From Nageia nagi (lineage: Eukaryota > Plantae > Pinophyta), in NCBI GenBank assembly GCA_050084985.1, contig JBITNC010000001.1, positions 117,490,001-117,554,000 on the forward strand: DNA of 64,000 bases, given 5' to 3'. The position numbers and the translations under genes are program-made. The first letter of the stretch is position 1, and each line of letters opens with the position of its first letter. Below are positions 51,600 to 64,000 of the stretch, piece after piece. Under the pieces are notes generated by a model. It ran no database searches. It worked only from the letters and a program-made list of their open reading frames with translations, and was not told where the DNA came from.

Positions 51600-53480
51600 A
51601 ATTTATAAATTTGAATATGTAATTTTGAATATTCATGAGGATGCTTTTGATGATAATATTGAAATTGAACAATTAGATAAAATTTTTAGGTATATTCGAT
51701 CTATTCAAGAATTACTATTTGATAGAGAAAAGTTACAGTATTTTCTTACTCATAATGATGAAATTATTATTGATATTCTAACAAATTATGAGCTATTAGA
51801 AGATAAATTTGTAGCTTTTTAATCATAAAATAATTTATTTTCTTATGAAAATGTAGGTTCAATAACCAATATCGATGCCATTAATGTCGTGTCATCCTAT
51901 AAACATGCCACCACTGGCATGAATGAAGTTGAGATAGAACCTAATCCTAAAGGAAATGGAGATGTTTCAAATCCCTTGAGTGAGGTAGTTGTTAAGAATA
52001 ATTTAGTGGAAATTTAAGCTAAAGATTATGACTACCTGATTCTTAAGCCTAACCACTTTAAAATAGGTACCCTTCCTAAAGGTACAAGATGATGATCATG
52101 ATTCACATCTTCAAGTAAAAGTTGCAAATTGTATTAATGACGCTTATAAGAAAAATCATGATTGGTAATTAGAGGAGCATAATATTAAAATTGAGTTCCT
52201 TTATAATATTTAGGACACTATTTCCTTTCATTTGGAGCATTATACACAATAATTAGAGTTTGCGATGAAATTGATTGATAAATTAGAACATGAAAGAGTA
52301 AATAGAATTGGACCATTTCTTGTACTTAAAGAGAATGAATTTATAAATGGGAATATTCCATATCAAACCCCTCCACCACCCCCAATATATAGTATACCCA
52401 TGGTTTCAAATCCAACTGAGGAAAGGATAAAGAAACTAGAAATGGAATTGCTTAATGATGACACTTATGATTTCTTATTTTTCTTAAAATACCCTTTGAC
52501 TAATAGAATTATTTATAAAGTGATTAGTATGAAAAATAGTATTAAATTTACAAATTTTTATGGTTTGCAATATCCTAGAATGCATGTTAAAAAATTTCAA
52601 GAAGAAGCTATGGAATATATGAATGACAAATATTTCCTTGCTAAATTATTTTTACATAGTTTGGAAGATAATGCATTGAAATGGTACTTTCTTCTTCCTA
52701 AAAAGAGTATTGATAAGTATGAGGATTTGATTCATAAATTTTAAAAAACCTTTAAATACAATATTGCTAAAAAATTTTACTTTAAAGATTTATGTAAAAT
52801 TAAGCAATTGCCTAACCAATCTTTGGTTGATTTTGTGAAAAAATGGAAACATACTGGTTATAAGATTACAATGCCTAAGTAAGATTTGAAAGATACATTT
52901 GTAAATGCATTATTTTTTTGTGTATAAGCTGTAGGTTATCTCTAATCATGATATGACATTGGGTGAAATGATGGATGTTTTATTTAATAAAGAGGCTTGT
53001 ATTAAAAAACTAAATGTATTCGTAGTAATAAACCTCAAACATATGATAAGAAGGTAAACACTCTTGAAACAAATAAGAAATCCAAAGTCAATAATGTTGA
53101 TAATAACACTTATAAAATTTGAATATATAAAAAGAATACTCCTAAAATAAGTAATAAACCTCAAAGGAAATTTATAGAGTTGACTTATACCATTGATAAT
53201 ATTCTTAATGTGTTATTAAAAGAGGAACTTATTGAACTTCCACCTATTTTTGAACCTAAATTCCCTAATGGTGTGCCAAAAAAATTTTGATATGAGGAAT
53301 TTTGCAATTATCACAGGGTACTTGGATATCTAACAAGAAATTGTAGGACTCTAATACATTCTATTTAGGATTTCATTGATAAGAAGGCAATTCAAATGGA
53401 TGATGATACTTCTATAGATGATGGGCCTCTACACTTGAATAAAGAAAATTAGGGGTGTTCACAAATATCTTAACTCTTTC
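51600..53480 (+). pseudogene. Retrotransposon gag of element E
   Basis: ORF 52265-52744 PRMHVKKF...LAKLFLHSLEDNALKWYFLLPKKSIDKYEDLIHKF (retrotrans_gag-like); knuckle FCNYHRVLGYLTRNCRTL at ~53300-53350. Confidence 0.85.
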
Positions 53481-54392
53481 ATAGCCAAGAGGATGTATTG
53501 GTATGATAATTACTTCATATGGTTTGAATTATTATTTTACTAATAAACGTAGATGTAGCAATAAAAATTCAAAGAATGATGGACAAGACATGAAATTAAA
53601 TATTGCTAATGGCATACATCATTGTTCATACATCACCCATAGTGTGGAAAAAGCAAAAAAAAAGGTACCTCTCTTTGTTCCTACCTCTGCAAATATGTCT
53701 AGGTTGCAAAAACACCCCACATACACAAAATTATTGCTTAAAATATAAAAATTATAACTCTAGTGTACATTAGGTAGGTTATTTCTTTGTTCGGCCATTA
53801 TGAATTATTATTTATTATATGCATATGTTTATTGATTTTTGATTTTGTGAGAAATTATGCTTTCATGATTTCTTAAAATTTATGTTCTTTAACCTAAAAC
53901 CCATGCCACTAATAGTGTTCCACCTATTTTTAGGCCATTATTAGCATGCATTTCCAAGAATAGAATAAAAATGAATAATATTTCATTGATGCTTGACATA
54001 TTTTTGACTCATTGAAGTGATGAAAATGTAAATTTAATGATGTTAATAAGAAAAAACTTGACCTTGCATTTTATTACCTCATTGGGTGCCTTTGAACCTA
54101 GTTAGGATGTTCACTTATTTTTAACATTATTGATTAAGAATTGTAAGTACTCAACTATGAGATATTGCATAAATATATATTGAAGTGTATTGTTTAGATT
54201 TATTGAAACTTAAACATTGCATACATGATATTTTAATGATGGGTTCATTTCTTATTATTGAAACTTGTACTTTATGGTTAACATGTTTGCTCCAAACACA
54301 TTGTGCAATAATAAAACTAAACCATTCACATTCATATTCATAAACAAAATAGAATAATTCAAACACATTAAATACAATATTGATCCAAAATG

Positions 54393-54395
<3 letters not shown>

Positions 54396-54432
<37 letters not shown>
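54396..54432. repeat. (TA)n microsatellite
   Basis: Perfect TA run. Confidence 0.95.
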
Positions 54433-54435
<3 letters not shown>

Positions 54436-54459
54436 AAATAAATCATATAATGTATAATA

Positions 54460-56650
54460 TGAGGTGGAGCCTAAAATTTATGCCTAAGCTATTGTTGAGT
54501 AGTGCTCCCACTACTACCTAACCCAATGGTTACTATTGCTAGCTCCTGATAATGATACTTCCCCAAACATAGTACTAGTAATGATCCTTTAAGGTGATAA
54601 GAGAGCCTTGGCTCTCTCATATTTCCTCCAGAGTGTGGCTATCTCATCCTCCTTCTACTCAATTTGATCCATGAGGCTTTGCATAAAAGCCGAATACTCA
54701 TTGGCTAGAGGCATATCCACCCTCTCCTGCAACCTCTTCATAGATTACTCCAATGTAGCAATTTGTGCATCTTAAGCTTCTAGTGTGTCCTATAAGTCTT
54801 CCACTTATGCCTCAAGAGGCTTGAGCCTCTCATTATTTTCCCCTTGGATAATCATCCATAGTTCATCTCTCCTGCAAATAGATTATGCATTGTTAGTCAT
54901 CTAATCATATATTAAATTACAAAATTACATATGTGATTAGTATTTTACCTAGTACTATAGTCTCAGCTAGTGCAACCAATCTTGGTGTTGCTCCTCCCTC
55001 CTATATGGTAATATCATACATTAGATTATTAACCTAGTAGGGTTCATCCTTAAAGGACCCCTCACTCTTTATTGCCTCCTCCTCTTCATCTTTTTCCATG
55101 CCCAAATTAATAGGATGAACTCCTAGCCACTAGGTGGCATATCCTTGAACCACTCCAAGTGCCATGGATACATCAACTATTGTATCATGTAGTCGAGGTT
55201 CCTTCCAAGTGAGCCTACATGCTAGGATCACTGCACTCTTGTAGGTCCATCTTTCTTTACCATGTATTTATGGTAAAAAATTAAAATTGGTGGGATCCTC
55301 TGTTGGATCCCAAACTACCTGAGTACTTGATGGGGATGGTATGGCTCCACCACCTTCCTCTTGGTTTGGAGGAAGCACTCTTGAAAAACCCATGCAAAGC
55401 TATCGGGCATCATCCACCCATGCATAATTTGCATAGGAGACCCATACTAGGTCCTTTGCATGCAATCCATCAATCTCTCTTTACTCATCTCTAATGAATG
55501 TGGGTATCTATACCCACCAACCCTTGACACCTAGCATGTCAAGGTAATCTCTCTTGGGTTCTCTCGACTCCTTTGCAAGCCAATCGATCTCTCTACCATG
55601 ATATTCTCATAAGACCATACCTGGAGAAGACCTACATGTACAATCATGATGTTGAACTTACCAATGCTCATAAAATTATATAAATCCTTGTACATTTATG
55701 TTAAAACTAGTGGTCCCCATGCAAAATATGTACCTTTTGTACACATCTCTTATACCACCCAAACCTAGCTGAGTGGAAAAGATGAGATGCTCTTATCTAG
55801 ACATAATTATGTCAAGATAATTATAACAATTTAAATTCATAAGTGTCTTGCTAATTGTGCAAATTGACACACCTTTGCCAACCTAACTGCTTGATGCTCC
55901 CAATCATGATCACCTCTCCATTTAGCCACAAAGTAAACTACTCCTTCATGTTCTTATCTAAGACCTCCATATGGTGCACTAGTCTTCCCATAAACATATA
56001 GGAGTGTGACATTCATTTCACCTAGGGGTAGGTTAAAGGTGTCACAATCTGGATCCCAATGCTCAGCTAGTGCTATCAAAATTAGAATATCTTGTTAAAT
56101 GTGTCCAACAATGGCTAGGTCTGCTAGCCCATACTGTGTCAGTATGTCATTTGTGTGATCCATCTTGGACATATCTTAGCCTTCTCTAGCATGGATGTAT
56201 CCATGGGTCCACCTCGAATTAATAACTTACATTCCTACAAGGGGAAAAATAAATATATTAAAAACCAAAATTCATATATTAAATATTTCAAATTAAAAAT
56301 AAATGGAATAATGTATAGAAAGAGACTAGAATGCACATTTGAATTAGAACATGATGCTAAAAGGTAGGTAAAGGAAGCTTTCCATGTGGTAAAAAGGTAG
56401 CAAGTAGATATACTCTACTATGTGACCCTATCTTCTAGTGATCAGGTGTCCAACTCCTCTCTAATTTGTGTTCTCCATTTGACAAGTAATAAGTAAGTCA
56501 ACACCATGCAATTTCAATGGTCTTGTGGTCAAAAGCATATGATCTCACACTCCTCAATAGTAGGGGGCAATAGGCTCATACATCAAAAGGAGATACAATC
56601 AATGGAAATGAACAATGTTGCCAAGTTAGCAAGCTACTAGCCAACTAGAT
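54460..56650 (-). pseudogene. Plant Mobile Domain (PMD, aminotransferase-like; MAIN/MAIL1-like) gene relic with introns, antisense within element E
   Basis: Minus strand: GGPMDTSML, ILIALAEHWDPDCDTFNLPLGEMNVTL (~56000-56085), LCLDKS (~55790), FAWGPLVLT*MYKDL (~55680-55730), GLLQVWSYE (~55605-55635), coiled-coil-like C-terminus; GT-AG intron 54872-54948; acceptor at 56235. Confidence 0.85.
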
Positions 56651-57779
56651 GCCAGACCATTAAAAAGATAAAAAGCAAAAGCTAAAATGAACCTAAAATT
56701 TAAAATCATCACTTATATATACCTAATTTTATAACTATAATCCTAGGGCTTAGTATAAAAATCCCATTATTGCTTAAACATGTTATTTGATATGTGTTTT
56801 CATTTGAAATTATTTTACATGACTATGATTTTTCAAAAAAAACTAATTTTACTTCTTTCACTCTAATGGTTGTCGATAACAAATGGTAAAAACATGCATT
56901 CCACTCTTTCATATTGCATATCTAATTATTTATTTTTCTTTTCCATTATTTAAATTTATTTATATTAAATATATGCCACCAATGACTGGATTTAGTGAAA
57001 TTACTAAAAATTTCAAATGTGCTACTTTAATTTTCATTATCATAGATTTTATTAAATGATTATTTTGAGTATTGGATCATTAAAGTGTTAAAATTTTATC
57101 GTTAAAGATCAGTTTGATTTAAATTATATACCAATTTTTCATCTTTGAAATAGTGAATGATTTACAACTTATAAATACTTAAAAATTCATATTTCATCAA
57201 AAATTGGATGCGCTATTTTTCCTAAAGATTAAATCATCCATTTAAGTGCCGCTAGTGGTGTGGAAAAAATATAAGTGAGTGCACATTCAAATGTTTGCTA
57301 TGATTGTATAGTGTTAAAATCTTAAAATGATGAAGTTTTTGATTTAGCACATAACTTATAGACAAATTGAATATATGGTCAAATGTTGCTAATTCTTTAA
57401 GTATCTTGAAAATGTTATGCCAAATGGCAATGTTAGTTCAAATCTAATATGATGCAAACTAATATAGATGATCATCAATTGAATATCTTTCAAATTTCAT
57501 TAAATATATAATTATTTTTGTGATTATTTTGTATAGATGCACTATTTTAGTGATATTGATAAAAAAATTTGAAGACATGATTGAAAAAGTTTAGGCATAC
57601 CACGTTGCCAATAGCATGTATTTCATTTATACAAATCTAAATACTACAATGAAATGCCAATGATTATTTGAATAATTGGTATATTGATCAGAAATGAATT
57701 CTATTGTTTATTATTCTAATAATAAATATTTTCAAAGCCATGGTCACTCCATGAGCAACATCTCTTATCAATTACAAAA

Positions 57780-57870
57780 TTATTCCAAGCTTGAGTCATC
57801 AAAAATTCTCATCAGCTTGATAATCATCATTATTCCAAGCTTGAGTCATTAAAATTTCTCATTATCTTGG
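57780..57870. repeat. 50-bp tandem duplication in the 3' internal region of element E
   Basis: ttattccaagcttgagtcat.aaaa.ttctcat...cttg occurs twice. Confidence 0.85.
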
Positions 57871-58394
57871 CCCCTATATACTATGAGTTTCCTATCATAG
57901 TAGTATATACATTATGTATATTACAAGCCTAGGGCATTAAAGAAGACCTCATGCACTTTCTCTTCATAGAATATGAGTTGTTTGTCATTATAGTCTATAC
58001 ATATCATGGTTTATAGAACTATGAGTCACATTGGCCATAGTGACATAAAAAATATCATATTAATTTCATCCTTGCTCTTTTCATTACTTATTCTTTAATG
58101 GGATGTGATCTATATGGGTATTATGTTGCTTTGTTTTGTAGGTATTTTCCAAGTGAGTAGGATTGGCATAGACTACTCACCTCATATAAGGACTCCATTT
58201 TTGGCTTACTTACCTGATGCAACATGAGCAAGGGGAAACCATGAGCAAAATGGATCAAACAACATACCATACTCAACATATCGATCAAAATAGGGAAGTC
58301 CACTTTACTATTGAAAATTTTCTTCTCTTCTCTAAACTTATTTGGATTATGTAATTTCAAATGCTTTTCATTTCATATCTAGAGAGGGGGAAAA

Positions 58395-59023
58395 TGTAGA
58401 TGCCTAAAAATGATTTATTATTTATTTAGTAAACTATATTTATACTTATTAAATTATTTAATACAATATTACATATATCAAGATAAAAGGATGTTAGTCT
58501 TCACTCCTTTCTATGTCTTTTGTAGGCTATATAAATAGGTGGATAGGTTGATCTCTAGAGATTGGAACTCTTTTGATATTGATAAAGAACTCTGATAGGT
58601 GGTTTTCAAATTTAATGGTGTCTCTATTCTCCACCTATATTGAGAAATTATTATACTCTAAGGTATGAACTTTTTATCTTTGGCGCACATCATAATTTGA
58701 CACATTCCATGTAACTAGAGGCATGTTTCTCCTACAATGGTAATAGCATGCATCTTCTAGATCAAGGGTTATAGACTTGTATGGTTGAGCTATTAGTTCA
58801 TGCACATGATGATTAGTTATGAGCTCACCATGAGTCCAATCCCAATCCTCTAAAGATTGATTTCTATTTTCTTTTGAGGATTGTAGATACACTTTATATT
58901 AGGTGCACGCTTTTTATGTATATATATTGTGATATGATATATTGTCTATTGTATAATCATTGTATTTGTAGACCATTTATTATTTTTATATTTATTTATT
59001 AATTACGCATTTTTGGGTCTACA
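58395..59023 (+). repeat. 3' LTR of element E
   Basis: TGTAGA...TCTACA inverted termini, preceded by PPT; lacks ~105 bp present in the 5' LTR (~50596-50700). Confidence 0.9.
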
Positions 59024-59190
59024 CCACCACTACCACAAGTGATGCAATAAGTGGATCCTATCAATACTAAAAGAAATTATGAAGATGGACCTAACCACTA
59101 CCATAAAACATGGACACATCATGATGTATTATACCTCATTCCATAATTTTCTACTAAGAATAAATTATTTCTTTATTTTGGAAAAAAAAA

Positions 59191-60158
59191 TGTAACAATA
59201 TATGGAAAGTCCAACTTGGAAGATAAAAGTAAGGATACATGGCATCTTTAGCATTAGAGATAAAACAAAGATAAGGAAAATAATATTATAAATCTCCATA
59301 TACATTCTATAACTATCAATTTTATGCCCTAATTTCCTTATATTTTCTTATTCTATTATCTACCATAAATTTATATTTCCAATAAAACATTCAAAAAGAT
59401 GTTATATTAGGTATATTTAAACATAAAAAAATATATATATTATAGATATCTTAAAATAAGATGAAACTATATGTTCTTTATTTAACATTAGCTATCAGAT
59501 ATATCCTAAGCTAACATATTTCACTATCTCATATATTTTCTTCTTTTGTGGTGTAAGAACCAAGTTGCACTAAGAGAGATAGCTTGATCTTGGAGGATAC
59601 TTGCCTATTTAAGGAGTAGTTATGTGCATAAGATAGCTATCATATCTTGATAAATATAACTCACACATTTTATTCTTGTATGTTATATGTGATTGGTGTC
59701 TCTAGACATATTTAAAATTTACTCTATCACATGAAATTTATTATCTATATTTTTATTTATTTTCTAGAATAGACTTAATTTTATAGGTTTTGCATATAAT
59801 CAACCTTCATTCAAAGATCATCCATTGAAGTTTTGGAGCATAGATTCTAGGTTGGGTGGCCTAGGAGATTGAGTATCAATGCTTAGGAAGTAAGTCCAAT
59901 TCAACTCAAATTTTGTGGAAAAAGTTTTTCAATGACAATTTAAGCTTATTTTTATCAGTGAATCTACTTATCAAGTAGGGATATAGGTATTGTATCTCAA
60001 TTATCATCTTGATAGGATTAGATTTTCTTCAATAGCTAAGGTAATTATTCATCTTATCCATTTTATTATTGTTCTTATCTTTTATTATAAAATTACAAAA
60101 TAAGGTTTGTGATACTTATGTGATTTAATTATTAATTTTTTCTTAAGTATCTACAACA
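59191..60158 (+). mobile_element. Possible LTR of an older host element
   Basis: Purine tract ggaaaaaaaaa then TG at 59191; cctatttaagg TATA-like motif at ~59605; ends ...ctacaaCA; no partner LTR or TSD identified. Confidence 0.3.
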
Positions 60159-61479
60159 CTAAATTGTAAAAGGATATTAAGGATATTTTTTATGATGATT
60201 TTTAACTTCCCTAATATGAGGGATATCTTCATTTTCCTCTAATCCTTTGGGGTTTTAAATCCTTCACCTTAGAATTCTCCATCGATTTGGATTTCTTGAT
60301 CCACTAATTTCCTTCTTGAATTTGAGGAACTTACCATATAACTTTCATCATTGAATGGATCGTTATTTATTCCCCATGATAGCAATCCTTTCTTAGCTCA
60401 ATAATTCTCTTAGGATTATTATATTTAGCTTGGTGATGCATATTTATTATTCTTTCACTTTGCCTTCTTTACCCATTAAGCTTATCCTTTTTCTTATTAT
60501 ATTTCTCTTATTTAGAGAACAAGGGTTGCACTTATTGATAGTTTGTTCACAATATATATTTGCATTTTTAATTCTATCATCATAAAACCTACATTGGAAA
60601 TATAGATTGGAAAAGATCCTTAAAAGCTTCAACATTTTTTAGAAAACTTGTAACTTTATTAAACCATAGTTAAGATATAAAAAGTAAAAGCATCGACATT
60701 CACTAATTATGGTGACATTTAAAAATAAACTTATAAGCTAATTTATAATAAATATTTAACAAATAATAAAGAATAATATTATGGAATGAACTTGTGTAAA
60801 GACATAATGTATAGAAATAATATGAGATATGATAAATGTAGAACTTGTAAAAATGATATTTGGATTATTGGATTAAATCTAGGACCTATGAGAGATAGAT
60901 CAAAGAAATACACCTATCACCTTACCTAGATGATCAATCATATGTAGGATGTAAGCTTATAAAAATAGTAGGACCTTATTGTGTGAAGTTCATAAATAAT
61001 GGGACTTAAAACATCCTATAACAACCACTAAGTTCAACATCAATGTTATTCCACTTGCATATCAATTCTCATAACCAAGATTTATAGTAGAATAATAGAC
61101 CAAAAATCCTCATCTAGCATATAATAGATAATGAATGAATAGAAAGGTATCATATGATATCAATATATCAATCTTAATAGGCAATGTTGATAAATACATA
61201 AAATGTAGTATTCATTCTCCTATCGAGATAAATATGTAATACTCATCCCATGAATATGTTTCCTTATTTTATATGCAAGATAACAACTATGATATCCACC
61301 TAGAAGCTAGCATCAATGCTAGGGTTCTTTCACAACAAAAAAAAAAAACAACAACATTAGATATTTACTTATGTCATTCCATATTATAATAATAATATAA
61401 TATATAAGGTTGCAATAACTATCATTGTTAATTAAGTAAAATAATAACTAATTTAGTATATAGGGTATCTAAATTACAT

Positions 61480-64000
61480 TTCAATAATGTACTTCCATTA
61501 TCAATTAAATTCTATATCATTTTGGTATACATAAGTTGTTTAACTTATAAAGAAGTCTATATTTGATATGGTAGTCAACCATTCTTTACAATTTGATTTA
61601 TATAACTACTACAATTATTTATAAAATACCTTTAAAGTATTTATCAATCAAGTAGGATTTCTTGTATGATTTGTAAATAAAATGAAATGGATTTAGCAAT
61701 ATTCCTAAAGCTAAAACCTTGATGGGTAGCCTTTAGATCATGTCTACAATCTTATTAGTATTGGCCCTTTTATACTTGATGATCAAATGAAACTACTAGA
61801 AAAATCTTATCCACCTAAAATGTCTTTCCTACTAAAGGGTAATTTAAAATTGTCTTTCTAAAATTTTCAAAATAATAACATATGGGTCTTTTTACTTGCA
61901 TCAAAATTGCCCCTATGCCATACTTGCTTACATTTGTCTCAAATTCAAATGGTTTTTGCAATTTGGGTAGTGCCAACACTAAAACATTATTAATTTTATT
62001 CTTTAGCACCTCAAAGGATAAATTTTTCTCTATTTTTCCATTAGAATCCTCTCCTTATATTTATGATATCAAGAAATAGTGTAGAAAAATTAGAAATGGA
62101 TTATCTAATGTATTAGATATCCCTAAGAAACTTCTTGTCTCTATTAAATTTCTTGTACTTTGCCACTCCAAAATGGTTTTAACCTTACCAAGATCAATTT
62201 TTAGTTATCCTCCACCTACAATATGGCCTAGATATATCAAAAATTAATATCCAGATTCATATTTTTATATTTTCAATATAAACTTGTCCTTTTGAAGATT
62301 TTACAACACCTATTTTAAGTGTTATATGTATTCTTCCTAATATTGGATATAAATTAGAATATCATACATATACAAAATAACAAACAAATTAATAAAAGAT
62401 CAAATAACATAATTCATTGACCTCATAAATATGGTTTATGTATTGCATAATCCAAATGGCAGTACTAGCTACTTTTATAGCCCATATCTTATCTTGAATA
62501 TTGTCTTCTATATATTTACCTCATTAATTTGTATTTGGTGATATCCACTCCCTATGTACAACTTGGTGCAATACTTTTCCCCTTACAATTGATCTATTAG
62601 ATCATCAATCTAAGGTAAATGATATATGTTCTTGACATTAATTTTGTTTGATGCATGATAATCTATGTGCATATGACAATCTATGCACATCCTCCAAGTT
62701 CCATATTTCTTTGGCACAACCATAATAGGTGAACTATATGGTGATGTACTTGGTACCATATTTCCTTATTTATATCCTCATGCTCAACTATGGACTACCT
62801 ATATAATCTTATATTAGGTAGAGGAGCATCAAGTAACATTTATATTTCATGTTCTATTTCCCTCTTAGGTGAAAAACCTTTGGGTCATGTAAAAACCTCT
62901 TGAAACTCCTACATAATTGTTTTCATCTCTTGTTTATATTTATTACAATTGAAAATTATATTTATATCATATGCATTTTCCTCTTTTAAAGGTTTTAGTA
63001 TAACAAATATAGAATTTTGACTAGCATTTATAAGTCTCTTCATTTGTTCAATTATCACCAAAGGAATCTTTTTCTAGTTATTTCTATTAGCATTAACAAT
63101 ATAATCCTTTACATCCTTAATCAACCTATATTGATTTCTCTTTATATTTATAATATAATATATATCAAATGAATAAGGATTACTAAAAACTACACTACAA
63201 ATATCCAAAGTAACTACATTTGTAGTTATTTCATCAATGAAACTAGCATTAATGGTGAACTTTAACTTACATTATTTAGTCATCTCCATATTAACACCAT
63301 TGAGCATCTAACCTAAAAGGTATAAATATGAATGTTTGTAAGTCTTTAACCCAAACTTCTTCACTAAGTATTTTAAGGGTGGAGATGTAGCAAACTGTGA
63401 AGATAAAATCAACAAACTAATTAGGAGGATGAAATAGTACTAATTATTAAATATAATTATATTCAAATATGAGAATCTTACTTAAATATATGGGGTATGT
63501 CTTATTTGTTAGGAATTATAGATTAAATAAAATAATCCCTTAAGAAAATACCTTTTATCAATAATAATAAAAAATATTAACCATCATAGAAGAAGAACAA
63601 AACATGCAAGATCAAAGATAACATAACATGTACTAATATTCACCCAATGTAGGCCATGTCCCTAGAGAAACACCAATCCTTTGTATTAGCACCAATACAA
63701 TATATGAGAGAACATTCTTGCAATACAACCAATTACAACTTCCTTTATGAAATTTACCAGCATCTCTCCTTGCATTTCCCTTACTCACATGCAATCACTA
63801 CACCATGATCAACATGCAAAATACCTTTACATCTAAGAATTTCTACACCAAGCTTAATATGCTTCCATGTCCAACCCATAACATACACATACTTGATATC
63901 CAACGATCTACATTGTACTCTTATTACATTGATATAGCATTAACCATGTTGAACTTGATCCTAGCAATATAATGAGGTTCTAATCCTCAACACTTTACTC
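61480..64000 (-). mobile_element. Element F: degenerate CRM-like Gypsy gag-pol relic, running off the window end
   Basis: Minus strand: CKLKFTINASFIDEI..VVTLDIC (PR region), [34 protein letters not shown] (RT), VLALPKLQKPFEFETNVSKYGIGAILMQ (RH, ORF 61815-62009). Confidence 0.85.

Larger units (their letters stand above)
50518..59023 (+). mobile_element. Element E: non-autonomous Tat/Ogre-type LTR retrotransposon (gag only plus antisense PMD gene)
   Basis: LTR pair 50518-51224 and 58395-59023; PBS 51228-51242; PPT agagagggggaaaa 58381-58394; gag present; no PR/RT/RH/INT motifs seen; left end of the 5' LTR unresolved (may extend to ~49700). Confidence 0.85.

Overview
AT-rich eukaryotic (land-plant, probably gymnosperm) genomic DNA. 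It is almost entirely decayed, nested transposons around one intact host gene: a single-exon CLE (CLAVATA3/ESR-related) peptide precursor at 38025-38258 on the minus strand (signal peptide plus C-terminal RIVPTGPNPLHN), which sits in a ~1.6 kb island that escaped CpG decay. Left of the gene: (A) a Tat/Ogre-type Gypsy element with an extra ORF upstream of gag; (C) a CRM-like Gypsy element whose RT is split by (B) a full-length Tat-type element with 726-bp LTRs and a tRNA-Trp PBS. C's probable 3' LTR is split by (D) a chromodomain-bearing Gypsy element, and D's ~6-kb 3' LTR region holds a solo LTR with a perfect 5-bp TSD and Copia remnants. A LINE ORF1 relic, (AT)n tracts and a Mutator-like MITE lie next to the gene. 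Right of the gene: a near full-length L1-type LINE, and (E) a non-autonomous LTR element with gag but no pol that carries an antisense, intron-containing Plant Mobile Domain (PMD, MAIN/MAIL1-like) gene and also has a tRNA-Trp PBS. A final Gypsy pol relic (F) runs off the window end. All coordinates were read by eye; TE boundaries without TSD/LTR support are approximate.
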